NCBI GenBank assembly: GCA_947478395.1
Contig: CANJVR010000003.1
Location: 192,001 to 256,000, forward strand
Source of the DNA: Opitutia bacterium
Lineage (GTDB): Bacteria > Verrucomicrobiota > Verrucomicrobiia > Opitutales > Opitutaceae
DNA: 64,000 bases
Reading direction: 5' to 3'
The position numbers and the translations under genes were made by a program. Below the pieces are notes generated by a model that did not search any database, was not told where the DNA came from, and saw nothing but the letters and a program-made list of their open reading frames with translations. Shown here in pieces: positions 19,239 through 27,759 of the stretch (its first letter is position 1; each line of letters starts with the position of its first letter).

Positions 19239-20192
19239 TTGACGCCGCGGGTGACGTCACGAAGCGTCGGCCGAGTGTCTGACACCCAACCCACTTCCGC
19301 CGGTACGCGGGGCGCGATCGCGGCAGCGAGTAGTTATCTCCTCTGGGGCCTGGTGCCGTTGTTCTGGCATCAGCTGGCGGCGGTGGACGCCGTCGAACTG
19401 ATTGCCCACCGGTTGGTGTGGTCGATGGTGTTCGTGCTCGTGTTGCTGATGTGGCGGGGCGGATTCGGCGCCATGCGGACGGCGCTCGCCACGAAGGAGT
19501 CGTTTGCGATCAATCTGCTCGGGAGCAGTCTGCTGACGGTGAACTGGCTCGTCTACGTATGGGCGGTGAACCACGGCCACGTGATTGAGTGCAGTCTCGG
19601 TTATTTTTTAGTGCCGTTGCTCAACGTGGCGCTAGGCCGTTGGGTGCTGCGGGAGCATTTACGGCCGCTGCAATGGATCGCGATCGCGGGTGCGGCGCTG
19701 GGCGTCGCCGTGCAAATCGTTCAAGTGGGACAGGTCCCGTGGATCGCCCTCGCGCTCGCCGTGAGCTTCGGGTGCTACGGTTTGCTCCGCAAGCGATCCA
19801 CCTTGGGTCCGCTGGCGGGACTGGCGGTGGAGACTACGTTGCTCGCGCCGCTGGCCGCGGGATTTTTGATTTGGAGGCAGCTCATGGAAAAGGGCGCGCT
19901 GGGGCACGTCGATGCCACGACGCAAGGTATTATCCTAAGCACGGGAGTGGTGACCGCGATTCCCCTGCTGCTCTTCGCGTATGGCGCGCGACGCATCCGG
20001 CTCACCACGCTCGGGCTGCTACAGTACATCGCCCCGACCGTTCAGTTTGCGCTCGGTGTGGCGGTCTTCCACGAGAGTTTCACCCGCGACCGCGCGCTTT
20101 CGTTTGCGCTGATCTGGGCCGGTCTCGCGCTCTACACTTTCGACAACCTGTGGGCGCAGCAACGGACGCGGCGCGAGCTCAGTCGTGTTTGA
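19239..20192 (+). CDS. rarD: EamA family transporter RarD
   Basis: YLLWGL.P, AHRLVWS, NWLVYVWAV, SLGYF..PL, LGLLQYIAP; start uncertain (19239 or 19275). Confidence 0.92.
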   Translation: MTPRVTSRSVGRVSDTQPTSAGTRGAIAAASSYLLWGLVPLFWHQLAAVDAVELIAHRLVWSMVFVLVLLMWRGGFGAMRTALATKESFAINLLGSSLLTVNWLVYVWAVNHGHVIECSLGYFLVPLLNVALGRWVLREHLRPLQWIAIAGAALGVAVQIVQVGQVPWIALALAVSFGCYGLLRKRSTLGPLAGLAVETTLLAPLAAGFLIWRQLMEKGALGHVDATTQGIILSTGVVTAIPLLLFAYGARRIRLTTLGLLQYIAPTVQFALGVAVFHESFTRDRALSFALIWAGLALYTFDNLWAQQRTRRELSRV

Positions 20193-20652
20193 TTTCAATC
20201 AACTCCATCGTGAACACGAGTGAAGTGCTGCGCGGGATGCGGGGGGCCTGGCCGCGCGTGCCGTAGGCCAGTTCCGGCGGGATCACGACGAGCCGTTTTT
20301 CGCCGAGGCGCATTTGTTGGATGATCTGATCCCAGCCCTGGATAACCATGTCGCGCGCGACGCGAAAAATGAACGGATGGTCTTTGTCGTTGTTCTGATC
20401 GAAGATTTCGCCGTTCAGCAGCCGGCCGACGTAGAGCACCGAAACGCTGTCGCCGGGCTTCGGGGTTTCGCCCGTGCCCGCTTTTTCGATGATGTAGCGA
20501 AGGCCGGTGTTGGTCTTTTTCGCCGTCGGCCAAGTTTTCTCGATGTACTCCACATCTTCCTGGGAAAACTTTTCCCGCTGGGCGCGCACCGCGGTGAGCG
20601 GGAAAAGAACGAAAGCACAAAGGCAGAGGGAAATTTTTGTCAGCGTTTTCAC
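20179..20652 (-). CDS. Exported FKBP-type peptidyl-prolyl isomerase
   Basis: TGLRY, V.YVGRLLNG..FD, VIQGWD, GEKRLVVIPPELAYG; signal peptide begins at GTG 20652. Confidence 0.92.
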   Translation of the reverse strand: MKTLTKISLCLCAFVLFPLTAVRAQREKFSQEDVEYIEKTWPTAKKTNTGLRYIIEKAGTGETPKPGDSVSVLYVGRLLNGEIFDQNNDKDHPFIFRVARDMVIQGWDQIIQQMRLGEKRLVVIPPELAYGTRGQAPRIPRSTSLVFTMELIEIKHD

Positions 20653-20696
20653 GGATAAGTCTTCCGGCATCCGTGGCATCCGTGTAATCGGTGGTC
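20650..20696. repeat. 9-nt-periodic palindromic repeat (CACGGAT family), partly decayed
   Basis: Minus strand ACCACCGATTACACGGATGCCACGGAT...TTATCCGTG. Confidence 0.65.
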
Positions 20697-20709
20697 AAAG
20701 GATTTTTGC

Positions 20710-21681
20710 ATGACCAAGCCCCTCGTCGTTATTCTGTGCCCTAAGGAGTTCAAATTCACCGATAATCAGGCCACGGTGGAGCAGGCCTTTCTCGCCGATG
20801 TGGCGGAAATAAGAACCGTACGCCTCGATTTCAACGCGCCGTTTCCTCCGGAGGTGTTGGACGCCGCCGCGATCATCCTCTGGCACGGGCCTTTGGTGGA
20901 CGCCCGGGTCGTTGCCCAACTGAAAAATTGCCGGGCAATCATTCGTAACGGCGTGGGCTTCGACAGCGTGGACATCGCGGCGGCCGCAGCACGGGGCATT
21001 CCCGTGTGCAACGTTCCCGACTACGGCACCGAGGAAGTCGCGGATCATGCTATCGCCCTCACGCTGGCGCTGGTGCGTCAGCTTTTTCCGCTCGATGCGG
21101 AAGCGAAGCGGCTCAGTTGGAAAATTGAAGTGGCGGCCAAGATGCGCCGGTTGCGCACGCTGACGTTTGGGCTCGTGGGGCTGGGCCGCATCGGGATGGC
21201 CACCGCGCTGCGGGCCAAAGCGTTTGGCCTGCGCCCGATCTTCTTCGATCCCTTCGCTCCGGTCGGCATGCACAAGGCACTGGGGTTGGAACGCGTGGCG
21301 TCCCTGCCGGAGCTGCTTGGTGCGGCCGACATCGTTTCGATTCATTGCCCGCTCAGCGACGAGACCCGCGGTCTCATCGGCGAAAGAGAGATCGCGGCAA
21401 TGAAGCCAGGCTCTTTTCTGGTGAACACGGCGCGAGGCGACATTGTCCAAAAGGCGCCGGTTTTTGCCGCGCTGCGCTCGGGGCACTTGGCGGGCGCGGG
21501 ACTCGACGTCGTCGAAGCGGAACCGCTACGCACGACCGAGGAAGCGGCCACGCCGAACCTCATCGTCACCTGTCACGCCGCGTTCTGCAGTCCCGAGGGC
21601 ATCATCGAAATGCGCAGCACATCCGCGAAAATCGCCCGGGCCGCGGTGCTCGGTCAGCCGGTGTGGAATCGGGTAAACTGA
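20710..21681 (+). CDS. D-isomer-specific 2-hydroxyacid dehydrogenase (CtBP-like)
   Basis: GVGFDSVD, NVPDYGTEEVADH, GLGRIG, VNTARG, LDV..EP, H.AF. Confidence 0.92.
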   Translation: MTKPLVVILCPKEFKFTDNQATVEQAFLADVAEIRTVRLDFNAPFPPEVLDAAAIILWHGPLVDARVVAQLKNCRAIIRNGVGFDSVDIAAAAARGIPVCNVPDYGTEEVADHAIALTLALVRQLFPLDAEAKRLSWKIEVAAKMRRLRTLTFGLVGLGRIGMATALRAKAFGLRPIFFDPFAPVGMHKALGLERVASLPELLGAADIVSIHCPLSDETRGLIGEREIAAMKPGSFLVNTARGDIVQKAPVFAALRSGHLAGAGLDVVEAEPLRTTEEAATPNLIVTCHAAFCSPEGIIEMRSTSAKIARAAVLGQPVWNRVN

Positions 21682-21715
21682 ATCGCCGGCAAGAGCGATT
21701 CTCGTCCGTTCCGTT

Positions 21716-22318
21716 TTACCGCCGGATCGCCTCGTGCTTCGCCACGAGTGCGAGGGCTTGGTGGAGCAAAGTTTTCCCCGGTTCCATGCGGTGCCACGGT
21801 GAAGCGCCGGATGGATGCGGCAGCGGAATGCATGCCGCGGTGTGCCCACGATAGTTAATGGGAAAGCTCCGCCCGATGGTTTCGACCAGCGGGCGTTCGC
21901 CGAGAAATTGGGCGATCGCCAGCTTGCCCACCGGGAGGACGAGCGTGGGTCGGAGCAGCGCGAACTCCCGCTCAAGCCAGACGGAGCATCGGGCGATTTC
22001 ATCCGGCGCCGGCACACGGTCGCCGCCTTCCGGCCGCTTGCCAGGAAAACACCGGCAGACCGCAGCGAAATACATCCGGTCCCGGACTTCATCTTCGCTC
22101 CAACCGAGCGCGCCTTGGAACCACTTGAAAAGGGTTTTGCCCGCGGTCCACGCAAACGGTCGGTCGAGTTTAGGCTCCTTGTCGCCCGGCGCCTGGCCGA
22201 CCAACAGGACTCGGCTCACGACCGGCCGGCCAACGACCACGGGCTTGTGCATCCGCGGACAGCGATCGCAGGCGCGCAAAGCGGCGAGGTGTTTTTCGAC
22301 CGGCGTAAGTGTGGGCAT
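21716..22318 (-). CDS. Uracil-DNA glycosylase superfamily protein (4Fe-4S, family 4/5-like)
   Basis: CDRC, VGQAPG motif A, CRCFP, EIARC, LPHPSG motif B. Confidence 0.88.
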   Translation of the reverse strand: MPTLTPVEKHLAALRACDRCPRMHKPVVVGRPVVSRVLLVGQAPGDKEPKLDRPFAWTAGKTLFKWFQGALGWSEDEVRDRMYFAAVCRCFPGKRPEGGDRVPAPDEIARCSVWLEREFALLRPTLVLPVGKLAIAQFLGERPLVETIGRSFPINYRGHTAACIPLPHPSGASPWHRMEPGKTLLHQALALVAKHEAIRR

Positions 22319-22352
22319 AAAAAAGGCGGGCGGGCATTAAGCCCGTCCACCT
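22319..22352 (-). terminator. Rho-independent terminator after the DEAD helicase gene
   Basis: Minus strand AGGTGGACGGGC-TTAAT-GCCCGCCCGCC-TTTTTT. Confidence 0.75.
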
Positions 22353-22375
22353 GAGTCGGAAGGTAAACGATAAAC

Positions 22376-23680
22376 TCAGCGCCCGCGGCGACCGCCGCCC
22401 TCGCCGCCAAAGCGGTTCCAGCCGCCCTCGGAGGCACGCTGCTGACTACCACGACCTTGCTGGCCGCCGCTGCCGGGACCGCCCCGATAGCCGCCCCGTT
22501 GACCACCACCACCGCGCTGACCGCGTTGCTCGGGCGGGCGTTCGGGTGCGGCGACGATGGGCGCGTAGTTGAAACCCTCGAGCTTAAGCTCGGGAATCTT
22601 TTGGCCAATGAAACGCTGGATGTCGCGGAGGTCACTGGCGTTTTCTGGGGTCACGAGGGTGAACGCGTCACCCACCGCCTGCGCGCGGCCGGTGCGCCCA
22701 ATGCGGTGCACGTAGTCCTCGGGATTTTCCGGGACGTCGTAATTGATCACGTGGCTGATGCCGGCGACATCGATGCCGCGCGCGGCGATATCGGTCGCGA
22801 CCATGACTTCGTATTTGCCGCTCTTAAAACCGGCGAGCGCCTCGATCCGCTGATTTTGCGAGCGATTCGCATGCAGCACGGCGACGGAGTGGTTGGCGGT
22901 TTTCAGCCGACGGGCAATTTTGTCCGCACCGTGTTTGGTCCGGCTGAAAATGAGGACGCTGTCGAATTCAGTTTTGGCGAGCAGGGCTTCGAGCAGTTCG
23001 AATTTTTGGTGATGCGCGACCGGATAGACGGCGTGATTGACCGACGCGTTGACTGAGCGGTTGATACCGACCTCGATCCGCTCGGGATTGCGCAGGGCGA
23101 ACGACGCGACCGCGGCAATTTCCGGTGGCACCGTGGCAGAGAAAAACAAGGTCTGCCGTTCCTTGGGGCAACGCGCGATGATGTCTTTGACGACAGGAAG
23201 AAATCCCATGTCGAGCATGCGGTCGACCTCATCCAGAATGAGAATCTGGATATCGCGCAGGCTGATTTCACCGGTCTTGAGGAAATCGACGAGGCGACCG
23301 GGCGTGGCGACGATGACGTCAACCCCGCGTTTGAGTTCGCTGCGCTGAAGGCCGTATCCGACGCCGCCGAAAACAGCCAAGGGGCGAATATCGGTGAAGC
23401 GGGCAAAATCGCGGAAGGCGGTTTCGACCTGCGCGGCAAGTTCGCGGGTGGGCTCGAGGATAAGGACGCGTGGCGCGCGACCATGGGCGCCGAGGCGGGT
23501 GAGCACGGGCAGCGCGAAGGCCGCGGTTTTGCCGGTGCCGGTTTGGGCGGAGGCGATCAGATCGCGGCCGGAGAGCACGACCGGAATCGCGCGGAGCTGG
23601 ATGGGAGTCGGATCGGAATAACCCGCGGCTTGAACGCCACGGAGAACCGGCTCGGAAAGATTAAGAGCTTTAAAAGGCAT
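22376..23680 (-). CDS. DEAD-box RNA helicase (RhlE-like; motif II reads DEVD) with a Gly/Arg-rich tail
   Basis: PTPIQ, AQTGTGKT, PTRELA, TPGRL, DEVD, SAT, ARGID, HRIGRTGR. Confidence 0.95.
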   Translation of the reverse strand: MPFKALNLSEPVLRGVQAAGYSDPTPIQLRAIPVVLSGRDLIASAQTGTGKTAAFALPVLTRLGAHGRAPRVLILEPTRELAAQVETAFRDFARFTDIRPLAVFGGVGYGLQRSELKRGVDVIVATPGRLVDFLKTGEISLRDIQILILDEVDRMLDMGFLPVVKDIIARCPKERQTLFFSATVPPEIAAVASFALRNPERIEVGINRSVNASVNHAVYPVAHHQKFELLEALLAKTEFDSVLIFSRTKHGADKIARRLKTANHSVAVLHANRSQNQRIEALAGFKSGKYEVMVATDIAARGIDVAGISHVINYDVPENPEDYVHRIGRTGRAQAVGDAFTLVTPENASDLRDIQRFIGQKIPELKLEGFNYAPIVAAPERPPEQRGQRGGGGQRGGYRGGPGSGGQQGRGSQQRASEGGWNRFGGEGGGRRGR

Positions 23681-23770
23681 GAAGAGTGAAAACCTGGCTG
23701 ACTGCGCCAGAGGCAGGAGCGCACGCAGAGTCATTTCACCCGCTGACGCTCACGGCTCGCAAGCCGGAGG

Positions 23771-23807
23771 AAAAAGAAAAGACGGAGCGCCCGGAGGCAC
23801 TCCGTCT
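23771..23807 (-). terminator. Rho-independent terminator after the RRM gene
   Basis: Minus strand AGACGGAGTGCC-TCCG-GGCGCTCCGTCT followed by TTTCTTTTT. Confidence 0.8.
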
Positions 23808-23841
23808 CGAATTGAAAATCGGCGTTTAAACCGAGTTACGA

Positions 23842-24246
23842 TTAGTAACGGCGCTCGCCACGGTCGCCGCCGCCGCCGCGATCGCCGCGGTAACCGCCGC
23901 CACCGCCGCCGCCGCCGAAACCACGGCCGCCACCGCCGCCGCCGCCGAAGCCACGACCGCCGCCGCCGCCGCCGAAGGAGCGACCAGCGCCCTCTTCTTT
24001 CGGACGAGCTTCATTGACGGTGAGCTGACGGCCACCGAGATCGGTACCGTTCATTTTTTCCGTGGCGGCTTTCGCCTCTTCGTCAGAGCCCATGGTGATG
24101 AACGCGAAACCGCGGGGGCGGCCGGTCATCTTGTCCATGGCGACGTAGAGATCCGTCACGGTGCCGAATTGGCTGAAGGCCGAGCGGAGCTCGTCTTCGG
24201 TGGTCTTGAAGGAGAGGTTACCAACGTATAGTTTGGAGTTACTCAT
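23842..24246 (-). CDS. RRM RNA-binding protein with a glycine-rich tail
   Basis: RNP2 LYVGNL, RNP1 RGFAFITM, LTVNEARP, GGGGRGF repeats. Confidence 0.96.
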   Translation of the reverse strand: MSNSKLYVGNLSFKTTEDELRSAFSQFGTVTDLYVAMDKMTGRPRGFAFITMGSDEEAKAATEKMNGTDLGGRQLTVNEARPKEEGAGRSFGGGGGGRGFGGGGGGGRGFGGGGGGGGYRGDRGGGGDRGERRY

Positions 24247-24513
24247 ATGTGATGTTGCGTAGTTCCATCGCTCGCTGCCAGTCCGTTCCCACTGTGGGTT
24301 TCGAAATCATCACTTGAGCAACTTGCTCAGCCTACGACTCACCAGATCCTGTCACCAAAACGCTTTCACTAACGACTGAGACGTTGAAAACACCCAACAA
24401 GGCGATGAACGCAAGCGTATTTTTTAGCGGCACCCATGCAGGGCAGTCACTTACTTGCGTTCAATCGGGTCAACGCGCCCACGGTTCATCGGGTACCGGA
24501 TCTGGAATCCGTG

Positions 24514-24909
24514 CTATTGCTCTAACCGATCGCGCAGGCGTCGATCGCGTTTGGTCGGACGTCCAGCACGCCGATCGTGTGATAGAATTTGTTGAGCTGT
24601 CCACTCCCGCGCCTTCGCCCATTCCGCGGGGGAGGTGAGTTCGGCGCAAAACTCCGGCACCCGAGCTGCGCCGATCCGGCCCGTTGGAATTCCGAGCACC
24701 CTCAGGGAGCGGTTAACGACCCCCTGCCGCACATCGATAATTTCTCCCGCTCGGACCGGCCGCGCCGGTTTGGCTTCGTGCGTGCCGATACGAACGGCAC
24801 CAGAGTTACATGCTTCGGTGGCTAAGGGACGCGTTTTATAAATACGAACCATCCAAAGCCACCGATCGATGCGCAGGACAGCGGCCGATGACGATTCAAT
24901 CACGACCAA
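24514..24909 (-). CDS. S4-domain RNA-binding protein (Hsp15/HslR-like)
   Basis: RIDRWLW.VRIYKTR..ATEAC..G.V, KPA, GRPTKRDRR. Confidence 0.9.
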   Translation of the reverse strand: MVVIESSSAAVLRIDRWLWMVRIYKTRPLATEACNSGAVRIGTHEAKPARPVRAGEIIDVRQGVVNRSLRVLGIPTGRIGAARVPEFCAELTSPAEWAKAREWTAQQILSHDRRAGRPTKRDRRLRDRLEQ

Positions 24910-24948
24910 CCAATCCCGGGCACGGCTGCGCCGCTCCGATTTTCGCTC

Positions 24949-25473
24949 TCACTTATTTTGGGCGCCGACTTTGCTGCGGAGCCAATCGCCAAGAATATCT
25001 TTTTCGTAGCGCAACGAATCTTGGCGATCCATCGTCAGGCGCAGGTCAAAGGAGAGATCGCGAATATCCTCGTTGCCGCTCTTCACGACGTGGCCCGCTC
25101 CATCCGTGATCTTATAGCTAAATTTGAAGGCGGGCGGATAAATCGCCTTAACGATCCTTACGTCGCTGTACTGCGGTCCGCGCCACGGCTCATATTCGCC
25201 GGCAAGATCGATATCGGTGAACGTGACCGTGAGTTTTTGCCCAGGGGGAAGGAGCTTTTCCGCACGCTCGACAATGAATTCGCGAATCCGTCCGAGAATT
25301 TCATCGCGGCCATTGTTGCTGGGCAAATCCCGATCTTTTACATCAGTGAAATTGCTGGGATCGGAGAATATCACTTCGGTGCGTGCAGGGATTTTGGCGA
25401 TATCCGCGGCGAGAAGCGCCAGCGGAGCCACCAAACCGGGGAGCGCGAGGAGGAGTAAGCGGTGTGTTTTCAT
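24949..25473 (-). CDS. DUF3016-like exported protein
   Basis: Signal peptide; F.DP.NFTD, TFTDIDLAG..EP, RIVK.IYPP, LRYEK. Confidence 0.8.
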   Translation of the reverse strand: MKTHRLLLLALPGLVAPLALLAADIAKIPARTEVIFSDPSNFTDVKDRDLPSNNGRDEILGRIREFIVERAEKLLPPGQKLTVTFTDIDLAGEYEPWRGPQYSDVRIVKAIYPPAFKFSYKITDGAGHVVKSGNEDIRDLSFDLRLTMDRQDSLRYEKDILGDWLRSKVGAQNK

Positions 25474-25568
25474 GCCTGCGATAAAGATCAATGTAGCATG
25501 AAACGGTTCCACGGCGAGCGGGGAACACGCAAAGTCGATGACCTGCGGGCCGACGATTGACCCCGATT

Positions 25569-26495
25569 CTAGAGCGTATCGAGCACGCCGTGCAGCACAC
25601 GGATGGCGATTTCAGAAACCTGCATTTCGTTCGCGTCGATCGGGTTCTTTCCGTGCTGACCGCCGGCCAGATCACTCAAACCACGGATGATCAGCACCGG
25701 CTTCCGGTTGGCGTAAGCGACTTGGGCAAGCGCGGCGGACTCCATGTCGGTACACCGCGCGTGCCAAATGCGGAAAAGCCATTCGCGATAACGGGCGTTA
25801 TCGAGAAACACGGTGGCCGAAACGCCGTTGCCTCCGACCGCCACGTTCACCGTGCGGCCACTTTTCGTCATGGGCGATAACTTCGGAACCGCGCGACGCG
25901 CAGCGGCGAGGAGTTCGGCATCGGCCGGGAACAACTCGACGCGTTCTGATTTCTCCCCGGGATGATCGGAGTCGTTCGCGCGGGTCACCTCCGTGCCCGT
26001 GGGGAAAATCATCCCGAAATTATCCCGGCCCCGTGACAAATAATCGGGAAAAACGTAACCGCCACGGCCGTCCTCATTGAGATAAGCCGCCTCACCGTGA
26101 TTGGCCCAGGCTTCCGGGATCACCACATCTCCGACTTCCAGCGACGGATCGGTGCCACCCGCCACGCCGGCGAAAAGCACGTGGGTGATCGGAAAATGGT
26201 CCAGGGCGAGCTGCAATTGGTACGCGGCGTTGACCATGCTAACGCCCGTCCGGCAGATGATGACGTCCTTGGTGCCGACTTTGCCGCGCCAAAACTCCAG
26301 ACCGTTTACCATCGACCGGGTCCAGCCCGTCGCGGCGCTCACGCCAAACTCTTTTTTCAGCGCCGCCAGCTCGGGCTCATAGGCTCCACAGAGGGCGTAG
26401 AGCGGTTTGGCCAATTCAGCGCCCCGGGCTAGAGCGGCGAAAATAAATAGCGCGATGAACACCTTGAAGCGCGGAAAATTTAGGGGGCGGAGCAT
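25569..26495 (-). CDS. Exported MTA/SAH nucleosidase-like protein (purine phosphorylase family 1)
   Basis: TGVSMVNAA, FAGVAGG, GDVVIP, DMESAA, IRGLSDLAG; N-terminal signal peptide. Confidence 0.85.
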   Translation of the reverse strand: MLRPLNFPRFKVFIALFIFAALARGAELAKPLYALCGAYEPELAALKKEFGVSAATGWTRSMVNGLEFWRGKVGTKDVIICRTGVSMVNAAYQLQLALDHFPITHVLFAGVAGGTDPSLEVGDVVIPEAWANHGEAAYLNEDGRGGYVFPDYLSRGRDNFGMIFPTGTEVTRANDSDHPGEKSERVELFPADAELLAAARRAVPKLSPMTKSGRTVNVAVGGNGVSATVFLDNARYREWLFRIWHARCTDMESAALAQVAYANRKPVLIIRGLSDLAGGQHGKNPIDANEMQVSEIAIRVLHGVLDTL

Positions 26496-26657
26496 GCGGC
26501 CATTGTAGAGCAAGGCCAGTGCCACGGTGCCAAGGCCTAATCTACCACAAAGGTTTTTCGTTTGCTCGGCGCGACAAGGGACCGTCCGGAAACAACCCCG
26601 GCGTGCGTCCTATCTCAAGCGTTGCGCCGTGCTCGCGATTTCTTTCGCTGAAGGTTC

Positions 26658-27653
26658 ATGAAACCCCGCGTGACCCTTGTATTACTCGCTCTGGCTGGTG
26701 TGGCTTCCGTGCTTTCGGCCGCTGAGACTGCCGCCCCGGTCAAACTCACCAAGATGGATGACCGTGTGCGCGTCGAAATCGGCGGAAAGCATTTCACTGA
26801 CTATGTCTTCGGCCAAGACACGTCTCGACCGTATCTTTATCCGATCCTCGCGGTCGATGGCACGCCGCTCACCCGCGATTTCCCGATGAAGGAAACGAAG
26901 GGAGAAGAGACCGATCATCCGTGGCATCGGTCGTTCTGGTTCGCGCACAGCATGGTCAACGGCGTCGACTTCTGGAATGAGGGCGCCGGCGACGTCGGCC
27001 GTTCGCCAAAGGACAAAGGCAAGACGGTCCACGACGCCGTGCTCGAAATGAGCGGCGGCGCAGTCGGAACGATTCGCACGCGCAATCGCTTGGTCGACCC
27101 CAGCGGCAAACTGATCGCCACCGACGAGCGCACGGTTCGTTTCAGCGCCATTCCGGATGGGCGCGTGGTCGACTTCGAAGTCACGATTCACGCCCTGCCC
27201 GACACGCCGGTGCTCTTGGGCGACAACAAAGACGGCACCTTCGCGACGCGCGTCGCGCAGTGGATGACCATGCCGCACAAAAATGTTGGCGGTAACGGGC
27301 ACATCGTAACGGCGACCGGCTTCCGCGACGCTGACGCGTGGGGCAAGCGCGCCGACTGGTGCGACTACCACGCCGAGCGCAACGGCACGACCTACGGCAT
27401 CGCGATCTTCGATCATCCCGACAATCTCCGTCACCCAACCTGGTGGATGGCTCGCGACTACGGCCTGTTTGGCGCGAATCCGTTTGGCTGGCACGATTAC
27501 GAGGCGGAATTCAAAAACGAGCCGCACAAGGGAGACTACACCATCCCCGCCAACGGCACGCTGACCTTGCGCTACCGAGTTCTTTTTCACACGGGCGACG
27601 AAAAAGCCGCGCACCTCGCGGAAAATTACGCCGCGTACGCTAAGGCGAAATAA
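26658..27653 (+). CDS. Exported 'PmoA-family' (DUF6807-type) beta-sandwich protein; not a methane monooxygenase
   Basis: RPYLYP, TRDFP, DHPWHRSFWFAH, DHP.N..HPTWW.ARDYGLFGANPFG. Confidence 0.8.
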   Translation: MKPRVTLVLLALAGVASVLSAAETAAPVKLTKMDDRVRVEIGGKHFTDYVFGQDTSRPYLYPILAVDGTPLTRDFPMKETKGEETDHPWHRSFWFAHSMVNGVDFWNEGAGDVGRSPKDKGKTVHDAVLEMSGGAVGTIRTRNRLVDPSGKLIATDERTVRFSAIPDGRVVDFEVTIHALPDTPVLLGDNKDGTFATRVAQWMTMPHKNVGGNGHIVTATGFRDADAWGKRADWCDYHAERNGTTYGIAIFDHPDNLRHPTWWMARDYGLFGANPFGWHDYEAEFKNEPHKGDYTIPANGTLTLRYRVLFHTGDEKAAHLAENYAAYAKAK

Positions 27654-27759
27654 TTATCCTTTGCGCCGACCGACCCCGGGCGAAATCCCCTCGCCGGCCG
27701 CTTTACCTAAGCAGGCCCGTCGGAAATTATAAGCATTCTCTCCATAACCCCCTACTCCC

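Noticed and set aside
23860..23975. Tandem GCC-rich DNA repeat
   Set aside because: It simply encodes the glycine-rich tail of the RRM protein.
26658..27653. Methane monooxygenase subunit PmoA
   Set aside because: Soluble exported protein without TM helices; the family name is a misnomer and no pmoB or pmoC is present.
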